From Eledone cirrhosa (lineage: Eukaryota), in contig OZ024745.1 in the NCBI GenBank assembly GCA_964016885.1, forward strand, positions 30,566,001 to 30,630,000: 64,000 bases of DNA, read 5' to 3'. Of the stretch, positions 1 through 14,299 are shown one piece after another. The notes under the pieces are model-generated. The model worked only from the letters and a program-made list of their open reading frames with translations. It searched no databases and was not told where the DNA came from. The position numbers were made by a program, and so were the translations under genes. Each line of letters opens with the position of its first letter. Position 1 is the first letter of the stretch.

Positions 1-29
1 CACTTTAACCTCAAAAAAGGGTGACAATT

Positions 30-48
30 CATAGATGTGACATCTGTG
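30..48. repeat. Representative intra-monomer inverted repeat: AGATGT-G-ACATCT (33-45) within the 19-bp quasi-palindrome CATAGATGTGACATCTGTG; recurs in nearly every monomer
   Basis: AGATGT and ACATCT are exact reverse complements around a central G. The flanks pair C30:G48 and A31:T47, with one T32:G46 mismatch. Alternatively TTCAT (28-32) can pair with ATGAA (50-54) across a 4-nt bulge. Confidence 0.95.
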
Positions 49-3000
49 TATGAAGAACAACACTTTAACCTCAACAAAGGGCGACAATTCATAGACGTGA
101 CATCTGTGTATGAAGAAGAACACTTTAACCTTAACAAACAAAGGGTGACAATCCATAGATGTGACATCTGTGTATGAAGAACAACACTTTAACCTTAACA
201 AACAAAGGGTGACAATTCATAGATGTGACATCTGTGTATGAAGAACAACACTTTAACCTCAACAAAGGGTGACAATTCATAGATGTGACATCTGTGTATG
301 AAGAACAACACTTTACCCTCAACAAAGGGTGACAATTCATAGATGTGACATCTGTGTATGAAGAACAACACGTTAACCTCAACAAAGGGCGACAATTCAT
401 AGATGTGACATCTGTGTATGAAAAACAACACTTTAACCTCAACAAAGGGCGACAATTCATAGATGTGACATCTGTGTATGAAGAACAACACTTTAACCTC
501 AACAAAGGGCGACAATTCATAGATGTGACATCTGTGTATGAAGAACAACACTTTAAATTCAACAAAGGATGACAATTCATAGATGTGACATCTGTGTATG
601 AAGAACAACACTTTAACCTCAACAAAGGGTGACAATTCATAGATGTGACATCTGAGTATGAAGAACAACACTTTAACCTCAACAACGGGCGACAATTCAT
701 AGACGTGACATCTGTGTATGAAGAACAACACTTTAACCTCAACAAAGGGTGAGAATCCATAGATGTGACATCTGTTTATGAAGAACAACACTTTAACCTC
801 AACAAAGGGTGACAATCCATAGATGTGACATCTGTGTATGAAGAACAACACTTTAACCTCAACAAAGGGTGACAATTCATAGATGTGACATCTGAGTATG
901 AAGAACAACACTTTAACCTCAACAAAGGGTGACAATTCATAGATGTGACATCTGAGTATGAAGAACAACAGTTTAACCTTAACGAAGGGTGACAATCTAT
1001 AGATGTGACATCTGTATATGAAGAACAACACTTTAACCTCAACAAAGGTGACAATTCATTGATGTGACATCTGAGTATGAAGAACAACAGTTTAAACCCA
1101 ACAAAGGGTGACAATTCATAGATGTGACATCTGTGTGTGAAGAACAACACTTTAACCTCAACAAAGGTGACAAATCATAGATGTGACATCTGTGTATTAA
1201 GAACACTTTAACCTCAACAAAGAGTGACAATTCATAGATGTGACATCTGTGTATGAAGAACAACACTTTAACCTCAACAAAGGCCGACAATTCATAGATG
1301 TGACATCTGTGTATGAAGAACAACAGTTTAACCTCAACAAAGGGCGACAATTCATAGATGTGACAGCTGTGTATGAAGAACAGCACTTTAACCTCAACAA
1401 AGGGTGACAATTCATAGATGTAACATCTGTGTATGAAGAACAACACTTTAACCTCAACAAAGGGTGACAATTCATAGATATGACATCTGTGTATGAAGAA
1501 CAACACTTTAACCTCAACAAAGAGTGACAATTCATAGATGTGACATCTGTGTATGAAGAACAACACTTTAACCTCAACAAAGGGCGACAATTCATAGATG
1601 TGACATCTGTGTATGAAGAACAACACTTTAACCGTAACAAACAAAGGGTGACAATTCATAGATGTGACATCTGAGTATGAAGAACAACACTTTAACCTCA
1701 ACAAAGGGTGACAATTCATAGATGTGACATCTGAGTATGAAGAACAACACTTTAACCTCAACAAAGGGCGACAATTCATAGATGTGACATCTGTGTATGA
1801 AGAACAACACTTTAACCTCCACAAACAAAGGGTGACAATTCATAGATGTGACATCTGTGTATGAAGAACAACACTTTAACCTCAACAAAGGGCGACAATT
1901 CATACATGTGACATCTGTGTATGAAGAACAACACTTTAACCTCAACAAAGGGTGACAATTCATAGATGTGACATCTGTGTATGAAGAACAACACTTTAAC
2001 CTCAACACAGGTGACAATTCATAGATGTGACATCTGTGTATGAAGAACAAAACTTTAACCTCAACAAAGGGTGACAATTCATAGATGTGACATCTGTGTA
2101 TGAAGAACAACACTTTAACCTCAACAAAGGGTAACAATTCATAGATGTGACATCTGTGTATGAAGAACAACACTTTAACCTCAACAAAGAGTGACAATTC
2201 ATAGATGTGACATCTGTGTATGAAGAACAACACTTTAACCTCAACAAAGGGTGACAATTCATAGATGTGACATCTGAGTATGAAGAACAACACTTTAACC
2301 TCAACAAAGGGTGACAATTAATAGATGTGACATCTGTGTATGAAGAACAACACTTTAACCTCAACAAAGGGTGACAATTCATAGATGTGACATCTGTGTA
2401 TGAAGAACAACACTTTAACCTTAACAAACAAAGGGAGACAATCCATAGATGTGACATCTGTCTATGAAGAACAACACTTCAACCTTAACAAACAAAGGGT
2501 GACAATCCATAGATGTGACATCTGTGTATGAAGAACAACTCTTTAACCTTAACAAACAAAGGGTGACAATTCATAGATGTGACATCTGTGTATGAAGAAC
2601 AACACTTTAACCTCAAAAAAGGGTGACAATTCATAGATGTGACATCTGTGTATGAAGAACAACACTTTAACCTCAACAAAGGGCTACAATTCATAGACGT
2701 GACATCTGTGTATGAAGAAGAACACTTTAACCTTAACAAACAAAGGGTGACAATCCATAGATGTGACATCTGTGTATGAAGAACAACACTTTAACCTTAA
2801 CAAACAAAGGGTGACAATTCATAGATGTGACATCTGTGTATGAAGAACAACACTTTAACCTCAACAAAGGGTGACAATTCATAGATGTGACATCTGTGTA
2901 TGAAGAACAACACTTTACCCTCAACAAAGGGTGACAATTCATAGATGTGACATCTGTGTATGAAGAACAACACGTTAACCTCAACAAAGGTCGACAATTC

Positions 3001-3989
3001 ATAGATGTGACATCTGTGTATGAAAAACAACACTTTAACCTCAACAAAGGGCGACAATTCATAGATGTGACATCTGTGTATGAAGAACAACACTTTAACC
3101 TCAACAAAGGGCGACAATTCATAGATGTGACATCTGTGTATGAAGAACAACACTTTAACCTCAACAAAGGGTGACAATTCATAGATGTGACATCTGTGTA
3201 TGAAGAACAACACTTTAACCTCAACAAAGGGTGACAATTCATAGATGTGACATCTGAGTATGAAGAACAACACTTTAACCTCAACAAAGGGTGACAATTA
3301 ATAGATGTGACATCTGTGTATGAAGAACAACACTTTAACCTCAACAAAGGGTGACAATTCATAGATGTGACATCTTTGTATGAAGAACAACACTTTAACC
3401 TCAACAAAGGGGAACAATTCATAGATGTGACATCTGTGTATGAAGAACAACACTTTAACCTCAACAAAGGGTGACAATTCATAGATGTGACATCTGTGTA
3501 TGAAGAACAACACTTTAACCTTAACAAACAAAGGGAGAGAATCCATAGATGTGACATCTGTGTATGAAGAACAACACTTTAACCTTAACAAACAAAGGGT
3601 GACAATCCATAGATGTGACATCTGTGTATGAAGAACAACACTTTAACCTCAACAAAGGGTGACAATTCATAGATGTGACATCTGAGTATGAAGAACAACA
3701 CTTTAACCTCAACAAAGGGTGACAATTAATAGATGTGACATCTGTGTATGAAGAACAACACTTTAACCTCAACAAAGGGTGACAATTCATAGATGTGACA
3801 TCTTTGTATGAAGAACAACACTTTAACCTCAACAAACAAAGGGTGACAATTCATAGATGTGACATCTGTGTATGAAGAACAACACTTTAACCTCAAAAAG
3901 GGTGACAATTCATAGATGTGACATCTGTGTATGAAGAACAACACTTTAACCTCAACAAAGGGCGACAATTCATAGACGTGACATCTGTG

Positions 3990-6850
3990 TATGAAGAACA
4001 ACACATTAACCTTAACGAACAAAGGGTGACAATTCATAGATCTGACATCTGAGTATGAAGAACAACACTTTAACCTCAACAAAGGGTGAGAATTCATAGA
4101 TGTGACATCTGTGTATGAAGAACAACACTTTAACCTCAACAAAGGGTGACAATTCATAGATGTGACATCTGTGTATGAAGAACAACACTTTAACATCAAC
4201 AAAGGGTGACAATTCATAGATGTGACATCTGTGTATGAAGAACAACACTTTAACCTCAACAAAGGGCGACAATTCATAGATGTGACATCTGTGTATGAAC
4301 AACAACACTTTAACCTCAACAAAGGGCGACAATTCATAGATGTGACATCTGTGTATGAAGAACAACACTTTAACCTCAACAAAGGGCGACAATTCATAGA
4401 TGTGACATCTGTGTATGAAGAACAACACTTTAACCTCAACAAAGGGTGACAATTCATAGATGTGACATCTGTGTATGAAGAACAACACTTTAACCTCAAC
4501 AAAGGGTGACAATTCATAGATGTGACATCTGTGTATGAAGAACAACACTTTAACATCAACAAAGGGTGACAATTCATAGATGTGACATCTCAGTATGAAG
4601 AACAACACTTTAACCTCAACAAAGGGTGACAATTCATAGATGTGACATCTGTGTATGAAGAACAACACTTTAACCTCAACAAAGGGTGACAATTCATAGA
4701 TGTGACATCTGTGTATGAAGAACAACACTTTAACCTTAACAAACAAAGGGAGACAATCCATAGATGTGACATCTGTGTATGAAGAACAACACTTCAACCT
4801 TAACAAACAAAGGGTGACAATCCATAGATGTGACATCTGTGTATGAAGAACAACTCTTTAACCTTAACAAACAAAGGGTGACAATTCATAGATGTGACAT
4901 CTGTGTATGAAGAACAACACTTTAACCTCAAAAAAGGGTGACAATTCATAGATGTGACATCTGTGTATGAAGAACAACACTTTAACCTCAACAAAGGGCG
5001 ACAATTCATAGACGTGACATCTGTGTATGAAGAAGAACACTTTAACCTTAACAAACAAAGGGTGACAATCCATAGATGTGACATCTGTGTATGAAGAACA
5101 ACACTTTAACCTTAACAAACAAAGGGTGACAATTCATAGATGTGACATCTGTGTATGAAGAACAACACTTTAACCTCAACAAAGGGTGACAATTCATAGA
5201 TGTGACATCTGTGTATGAAGAACAACACTTTACCCTCAACAAAGGGTGACAATTCATAGATGTGACATCTGTGTATGAAGAACAACACGTTAACCTCAAC
5301 AAAGGGCGACAATTCATAGATGTGACATCTGTGTATGAAAAACAACACTTTAACCTCAACAAAGGGCGACAATTCATAGATGTGACATCTGTGTATGAAG
5401 AACAACACTTTAACCTCAACAAAGGGCGACAATTCATAGATGTGACATCTGTGTATGAAGAACAACACTTTAAATTCAACAAAGGATGACAATTCATAGA
5501 TGTGACATCTGTGTATGAAGAACAACACTTTAACCTCAACAAAGGGTGACAATTCATAGATGTGACATCTGAGTATGAAGAACAACACTTTAACCTCAAC
5601 AACGGGCGACAATTCATAGACGTGACATCTGTGTATGAAGAACAACACATTAACCTTAACGAACAAAGGGTGACAATTCATAGATCTGACATCTGAGTAT
5701 GAAGAACAACACTTTAACCTCAACAAAGGGTGAGAATTCATAGATGTGACATCTGTGTATGAAGAACAACACTTTATCCTCAACAAAGGGTGACAATTCA
5801 TAGATGTGACATCTGTGTATGAAGAACAACACTTTAACATCAACAAAGGGTGACAATTCATAGATGTGACATCTGTGTATGAAGAACAACACTTTAACCT
5901 CAACAAAGGGCGACAATTCATAGATGTGACATCTGTGTATGAACAACAACACTTTAACCTCAACAAAGGGCGACAATTCATAGATGTGACATCTGTGTAT
6001 GAAGAACAACACTTTAACCTCAACAAAGGGCGACAATTCATAGATGTGACATCTGTGTATGAAGAACAACATTTTAACCTCAACAAAGGGTGACAATTCA
6101 TAGATGTGACATCTGTGTATGAAGAACAACACTTTAACCTCAACAAAGGGTGACAATTCATAGATGTGACATCTGTGTATGAAGAACAACACTTTAACAT
6201 CAACAAAGGGTGACAATTCATAGATGTGACATCTCAGTATGAAGAACAACACTTTAACCTCAACAAAGGGTGACAATTCATAGATGTGACATCTGTGTAT
6301 GAAGATCAACACTTTAACCTCAACAAAGGGTGACAATTCATAGATGTGACATCTGTGTATGAAGAACAACACTTTAACCTTAACAAACAAAGGGAGACAA
6401 TCCATAGATGTGACATCTGTGTATGAAGAACAACACTTCAACCTTAACAAACAAAGGGTGACAATCCATAGATGTGACATCTGTGTATGAAGAACAACTC
6501 TTTAACCTTAACAAACAAAGGGTGACAATTCATAGATGTGACATCTGTGTATGAAGAACAACACTTTAACCTCAAAAAAGGGTGACAATTCATAGATGTG
6601 ACATCTGTGTATGAAGAACAACACTTTAACCTAAACAAAGGGCGACAATTCATAGACGTGACATCTGTGTATGAAGAAGAACACTTTAACCTTAACAAAC
6701 AAAGGGTGACAATCCATAGATGTGACATCTGTGTATGAAGAACAACACTTTAACCTTAACAAACAAAGGGTGACAATTCATAGATGTGACATCTGTGTAT
6801 GAAGAACAACACTTTAACCTCAACAAATGGTGACAATTCATAGATGTGAC
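3990..6850. repeat. Tandem duplication, 1,644-bp offset (27 monomers); boundaries approximate
   Basis: Rare variants recur in the same order (CACATTAAC..AACGAAC, GATCTGAC, GTGAGAATT, GAACAACAAC, TCTCAG, CTTCAACC, AACTCTTT). ORF pairs 4012/5656, 4222/5866, 4800/6444 and 5048/6692 all differ by 1644. Confidence 0.85.
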
Positions 6851-7299
6851 ATCTGTGTATGAAGAACAACACTTTACCCTCAACAAAGGGCGACAATTCA
6901 TAGATGTGACATCTGTGTATGAAAAACAACACTTTAACCTCAACAAAGGGCGACAATTCATAGATGTGACATCTGTGTATGAAGAACAACACTTTAACCT
7001 CAACAAAGGGCGACAATTCATAGATGTGACATCTGTGTATGAAGAACAACACTTTAAATTCAACAAAGGGTGACAATTCATAGATGTGACATCTGTGTAT
7101 GAAGAACAACACTTTAACCTCAACAAAGGGTGACAATTCATAGATGTGACATCTGAGTATGAAGAACAACACTTTAACCTCAACAAAGGGTGACAATTAA
7201 TAGATGTGACATCTGTGTATGAAGAACAACACTTTAACCTCAACAAAGGGTGACAATTCATAGATGTGACATCTTTGTATGAAGAACAACACTTTAACC

Positions 7300-10200
7300 T
7301 TAACAAACAAAGGGAGAGAATCCATAGATGTGACATCTGTGTATGAAGAACAACACTTTAACCTTAACAAACAAAGGGTGACAATCCATAGATGTGACAT
7401 CTGTGTATGAAGAACAACACTTTAACCTCAACAAAGGGTGACAATTCATAGATGTGACATCTGAGTATGAAGAACAACACTTTAACCTCAACAAAGGGTG
7501 ACAATTAATAGATGTGACATCTGTGTATGAAGAACAACACTTTAACCTCAACAAAGGGTGACAATTCATAGATGTGACATCTTTGTATGAAGAACAACAC
7601 TTTAACCTCAACAAAGGGGAACAATTCATAGATGTGACATCTGTGTATGAAGAACAACACTTTAACCTCAACAAAGGGTGACAATTCATAGATGTGACAT
7701 CTGTGTATGAAGAACAACACTTTAACCTTAACAAACAAAGGGAGAGAATCCTTAGATGTGACATCTGTGTATGAAGAACAACACTTTAACCTTAACAAAC
7801 AAAGGGTGACAATCCATAGATGTGACATCTGTGTATGAAGAACAACACTTTAACCTTAACAAACAAAGGGTGACAATTCATAGATGTCACATCTGTGTAT
7901 GAAGAACAACACTTTAACCTCAACAAAGGGTGACAATTCATAGATGTGACATCTGTGTATGAAGAACAACACTTTAACATCAACAAAGGGTGACAATTCA
8001 TAGATGTGACATCTGTGTATGAAGAACAACACTTTAACCTCAACAAAGGGCGACAATTCATAGATGTGACATCTGTGTATGAACAACAACACTTTAACCT
8101 CAACAAAGGGCGACAATTCATAGATGTGACATCTGTGTATGAAGAACAACACTTTAACCTCAACAAAGGGCGACAATTCATAGATGTGACATCTGTGTAT
8201 GAAGAACAACACTTTAACCTCAACAAAGGGTGACAATTCATAGATGTGACATCTGTGTATGAAGAACAACACTTTAACCTCAACAAAGGGTGACAATTCA
8301 TAGATGTGACATCTGTGTATGAAGAACAACACTTTAACATCAACAAAGGGTGACAATTCATAGATGTGACATCTCAGTATGAAGAACAACACTTTAACCT
8401 CAACAAAGGGTGACAATTCATAGATGTGACATCTGTGTATGAAGAACAACACTTTAACCTCAACAAAGGGTGACAATTCATAGATGTGACATCTGTGTAT
8501 GAAGAACAACACTTTACCCTCAACAAAGGGTGACAATTCATAGATGTGACATCTGTGTATGAAGAACAACACGTTAATCTCAACAAAGGGCGACAATTCA
8601 TAGATGTGACATCTGTGTATGAAAAACAACACTTTAACCTCAACAAAGGGCGACAATTCATAGATGTGACATCTGTGTATGAAGAACAACACTTTAACCT
8701 CAACAAAGGGCGACAATTCATAGATGTGACATCTGTGTATGAAGAACAACACTTTAAATTCAACAAAGGGTGACAATTCATAGATGTGACATCTGTGTAT
8801 GAAGAACAACACTTTAACCTCAACAAAGGGTGACAATTCATAGATGTGACATCTGAGTATGAAGAACAACACTTTAACCTCAACAAAGGGTGACAATTAA
8901 TAGATGTGACATCTGTGTATGAAGAACAACACTTTAACCTCAACAAAGGGTGACAATTCATAGATGTGACATCTTTGTATGAAGAACAACACTTTAACCT
9001 CAACAAAGGGGAACAATTCATAGATGTGACATCTGTGTATGAAGAACAACACTTTAACCTCAACAAAGGGTGACAATTCATAGATGTGACATCTGTGTAT
9101 GAAGAACAACACTTTAACCTTAACAAACAAAGGGAGAGAATACATAGATGTGACATCTGTGTATGAAGAACAACACTTTAACCTTAACAAACAAAGGGTG
9201 ACAAACCATAGATGTGACATCTGTGTATGAAGAACAACACTTTAACCTCAACAAAGGGTGACAATTCATAGATGTGACATCTGAGTATGAAGAACAACAC
9301 TTTAACCTCAATAAAGGGTGACAATTAATAGATGTGACATCTGTGTATGAAGAACAACACTTTAACCTCAACAAAGGGTGACAATTCATAGATGTGACAT
9401 CTTTGTATGAAGAACAACACTTTAACCTCAACAAAGGGGAACAATTCATAGATGTGACATCTGTGTATGAAGAACAACACTTTAACCTCAACAAAGGGTG
9501 ACAATTCATAGATGTGACATCTGTGTATGAAGAACAACACTTTAACCTTAACAAACAAAGGGAGAGAATCCATAGATGTGACATCTGTGTATGAAGAACA
9601 ACACTTTAACCTTAACAAACAAAGGGTGACAATCCATAGATGTGACATCTGTGTATGAAGAACAACACTTTAACCTTAACAAACAAAGGGTGACAATTCA
9701 TAGATGTCACATCTGTGTATGAAGAACAACACTTTAACCTCAACAAAGGGTGACAATTCATAGATGTGACATCTGTGTATGAAGAACAACACTTTAACAT
9801 CAACAAAGGGTGACAATTCATAGATGTGACATCTGTGTATGAAGAACAACACTTTAACCTCAACAAAGGGCGACAATTCATAGATGTGACATCTGTGTAT
9901 GAACAACAACACTTTAACCTCAACAAAGGGCGACAATTCATAGATGTGACATCTGTGTATGAAGAACAACACTTTAACCTCAACAAAGGGCGACAATTCA
10001 TAGATGTGACATCTGTGTAGGAAGAACAACACTTTAACCTCAACAAAGGGTGACAATTCATAGATGTGACATCTGTGTATGAAGAACAACACTTTAACCT
10101 CAACAAAGGGTGACAATTCATAGATGTGACATCTGTGTATGAAGAACAACACTTTAACATCAACAAAGGGTGACAATTCATAGATGTGACATCTCAGTAT

Positions 10201-10300
10201 GAAGAACAACACTTTAACCTCAACAAAGGGTGACAATTCATAGATGTGACATCTGTGTATGAAGAACAACACTTTAACCTCAACAAAGGGTGACAATTCA
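7300..10300. repeat. Tandem duplication, 1,820-bp offset (30 monomers), containing a 428-bp (7-monomer) sub-repeat; boundaries approximate
   Basis: ORF pairs 7300/9120, 7505/9325, 7792/9612 and 8006/9826 differ by 1820. Pairs 8897/9325 and 7400/7828 differ by 428. Marker variants GGGAGAGAATCC, AATTAAT, TCTTTG, GGGGAAC and GATGTCAC recur in the same order. Confidence 0.85.
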
Positions 10301-13300
10301 TAGATGTGACATCTGTGTATGAAGAACAACACTTTAACCTTAACAAACAAAGGGAGACAATCCATAGATGTGACATCTGTGTATGAAGAACAACACTTCA
10401 ACCTTAACAAACAAAGGGTGACAATCCATAGATGTGACATCTGTGTATGAAGAACAACACTTTAACCTTAACAAACAAAGGGTGACAATTCATAGATGTG
10501 ACATCTGTGTATGAAGAACAACACTTTAACCTCAAAAAAGGGTGAGAATTCATAGATGTGACATCTGTGTATGAAGAACAACACTTTAACCTCAACAAAG
10601 GGCGACAATTCATAGACGTGACATCTGTGTATGAAGAAGAACACTTTAACCTTAACAAACAAAGGGTGACAATCCATAGATGTGACATCTGTGTATGAAG
10701 AACAACACTTTAACTTTAACAAACAAAGGGTGACAATTCATAGATGTGACATCTGTGTATGAAGAACAACACTTTAACCTCAACAAAGGGTGACAATTCA
10801 TAGATGTGACATCTGTGTATGAAGAACAACATTTTACCCTCAACAAAGGGTGACAATTCATAGATGTGACATCTGTGTATGAAGAACAACACGTTAACCT
10901 CAACAAAGGGCGACAATTCATAGATGTGACATCTGTGTATGAAAAACAACACTTTAACCTCAACAAAGGGCGACAATTCATAGATGTGACATCTGTGTAT
11001 GAAGAACAACACTTTAACCACAACAAAGGGCGACAATTCATAGATGTGACATCTGTGTATGAAGAACAACACTTTAACCTCAACAAAGGGTGACAATTCA
11101 TAGATGTGACATCTGAGTATGAAGAACAACACTTTAACCTCAACAAAGGGTGACAATTAATAGATGTGACATCTGTGTATGAAGAACAACACTTTAACCT
11201 CAACAAAGGGTGACAATTCATAGATGTGACATCTTTGTATGAAGAACAACACTTTAACTTAAACAAAGGGGAACAATTCATAGATGTGACAACTGTGTAT
11301 GAAGAACAACACTTTAACATCAACAAAGGGTGACAATTCATAGATGTGACATCTGTGTATGAAGAACAACACTTTAACCTCAACAAAGGGCGACAATTCA
11401 TAGATGTGACATCTGTGTATGAACAACAACACTTTAACCTCAACAAAGGGCGACAATTCATAGATGTGACATCTGTGTATGAAGAACAACACTTTACCCT
11501 CAACAAAGGGCGACAATTCATAGATGTGACATCTGTGTATGAAGAACAACACTTTAACCTAAACAAAGGGTGACAATTCATAGATGTGACATCTGTGTAT
11601 GAAGAACAACACGTTAACCTCAACAAAGGGCGACAATTCATAGATGTGACATCTGTGTATGAAGAACAACACTTTAACCTCAACAAAGGGTGACAATTCA
11701 TAGATGTGACATCTGTGTATGAAGAACAACACTTTAAACTCAACAAAGGGTGACAATTCATAGATGTGACATCTGTGTATGAAGAACAACACTTTAACCT
11801 CAACAAAGGGCGACAATTCATAGATGTGACATCTGTGTATGAAGAACAACACTTTAACCTCAACAAAGGGTGACAATTCATAGATGTGACATCTGTGTAT
11901 GAAGAACAACACTTTAACCTCAACAAAGGGTGACAATTCATAGATGTGACATCTGTGTATGAAGAACAACACTTTAACCTTAACAAACAAAGGGTGACAA
12001 TCCATAGATGTGACATCTGTGTATGAAGAACAACACTTTAACCTTAACAAACAAAGAGTGACAATCCATAGATGTGACATCTGTGTATGAAGAACAACAC
12101 TTTAACCTTAACAAACAAAGGGTGACAATTCATAGATGTCACATCTGTGTATGAAGAACAACACTTTAACCTCAACAAAGGGCGACAATTCATAGACGTG
12201 ACATCTGTGTATGAAGAACAACAAATTAACCTTAACAAACAAAGGGTGACAATTCATAGATCTGACATCTGAGTATGAAGAACAACACTTTAACCTCAAC
12301 AAAGGGTGAGAATTCATAGATGTGACATCTGTGTATGAAGAACAACACTTTAACCTCAACAAAGGGTGACAATTCATAGATGTGACATCTGTGTATGAAG
12401 AACAACACTTTAACATCAACAAAGGGTGACAATTCATAGATGTGACATCTGTGTATGAAGAACAACACTTTAACCTCAACAAAGGGCGACAATTCATAGA
12501 TGTGACATCTGTGTATGAACAACAACACTTTAACCTCAACAAAGGGCGACAATTCATAGATGTGACATCTGTGTATGAAGAACAACACTTTAACCTCAAC
12601 AAAGGGCGACAATTCATAGATGTGACATCTGTGTATGAAGAACAACACTTTAACCTCAACAAAGGGTGACAATTCATAGATGTGACATCTGTGTATGAAG
12701 AACAACACGTTAACCTCAACAAACGGCGACAATTCATAGATGTGACATCTGTGTATGAAGAACAACACTTTAACCTCAACAAAGGGTGACAATTCATAGA
12801 TGTGACATCTGTGTATGAAGAACAACACTTTAAACTCAACAAAGGGTGACAATTCATAGATGTGACATCTGTGTATGAAGAACAACACTTTAACCTCAAC
12901 AAAGGGCGACAATTCATAGATGTGACATCTGTGTATGAAGAACAACACTTTAACCTCAACAAAGGGTGACAATTCATAGATGTGACATCTGTGTATGAAG
13001 AACAACACTTTAACCTCAACAAAGGGTGACAATTCATAGATGTGACATCTGTGTATGAAGAACAACACTTTAACATCAACAAAGGGTGACAATTCATAGA
13101 TGTGACATCTCAGTATGAAGAACAACACTTTAACCTCAACAAAGGGTGACAATTCATAGATGTGACATCTGTGTATGAAGAAAAACACTTTAACCTCAAC
13201 AAAGGGTGACAATTCATAGATGTGACATCTGTGTATGAAGAACAACACTTTAACCTCAACAAAGGGTGACAATTCATAGATGTGACATCTGTGTATGAAG

Positions 13301-14299
13301 AACAACACTTTAACCTCAACAAAGGGTGACAATTCATAGATGTGACATCTGTATATGAAGAACAACACTTTAACCTCAACAAAGGGCGACAATTCATAGA
13401 TGTGACATCTGTGTATGAAGAACAACACTTTAACCTCAACAAAGGGTGACAATTCATAGATGTGACATCTGTGTATGAAGAACAACACTTTAACCTCAAC
13501 AAAGGGCGACAATTCATAGATGTGACATCTGTGTATGAAGAACAACACTTTAACCTCAACAAAGGGTGACAATTCATAGATGTGACATCTGAGTATGAAG
13601 AACAACACTTTAACCTCAACAAAGGGTGACAATTCATAGATGTGACATCTGTGTATGAAGAACAACACTTTAACCTTAACAAAGGGCGACAGTTCATAGA
13701 TGTGACATCTGTGTATGAAGAACAACACTTTAACCTTAACAAAGGGTGACAATTCATAGATGTGACATCTGAGTATGAAGAACAACACTTTAACCTCAAT
13801 AAAGGGTGACAATTCATAGATGTGACATCTGTGTATGAAGAACAACACTTTAACCTCAACAAAGGGTGACAATTCATAGATGTGACATCTGTGTATGACG
13901 AACAACACTTTAACCTCAACAAAAGGTGACAATTCATAGATGTGACATATGTGTATGAAGAACAACACTTTAACCTCAACAAAGGGTGACAATTCATAGA
14001 TGTGACATCTGTGTATGAAGAACAACACTTTAACCTTAAGAACCAAAGGGTGACAATTCATAGATGTGACATCTGTGTATGAAGAACAACACTTTAACCT
14101 CAACAAAGGGTGACAATTCATAGATGTGACATCTGAGTATGAAGAACAACACTTTAACCTTAACAAACAAAGGGTGACAATTCATAGATGTGACATCTGT
14201 GTATGAAGAACAACACTTTAACCTAAACAAAGGGTGACAATTCATAGATGTGACATCTGTGTATGAAGAACAACACTTTAACCTCAACAAAGGGTGACA

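Noticed and set aside
36-51. TGTGA resembling a bacterial CRP site, or the array as plasmid iterons or parS sites
   Set aside because: The second half-site TCACA at 6-bp spacing is absent (TGTAT instead). There are no rep, par or other prokaryotic genes, and the scale and HOR structure do not fit iterons.
10652-12016. Cys/His-rich translation resembling a zinc-finger or metallothionein repeat
   Set aside because: The spacing does not fit C2H2 (28 aa, C-x2-C-x12-H-x3-H, TGEKP linker) or any other family I recognise, and the frame is not preserved along the array.
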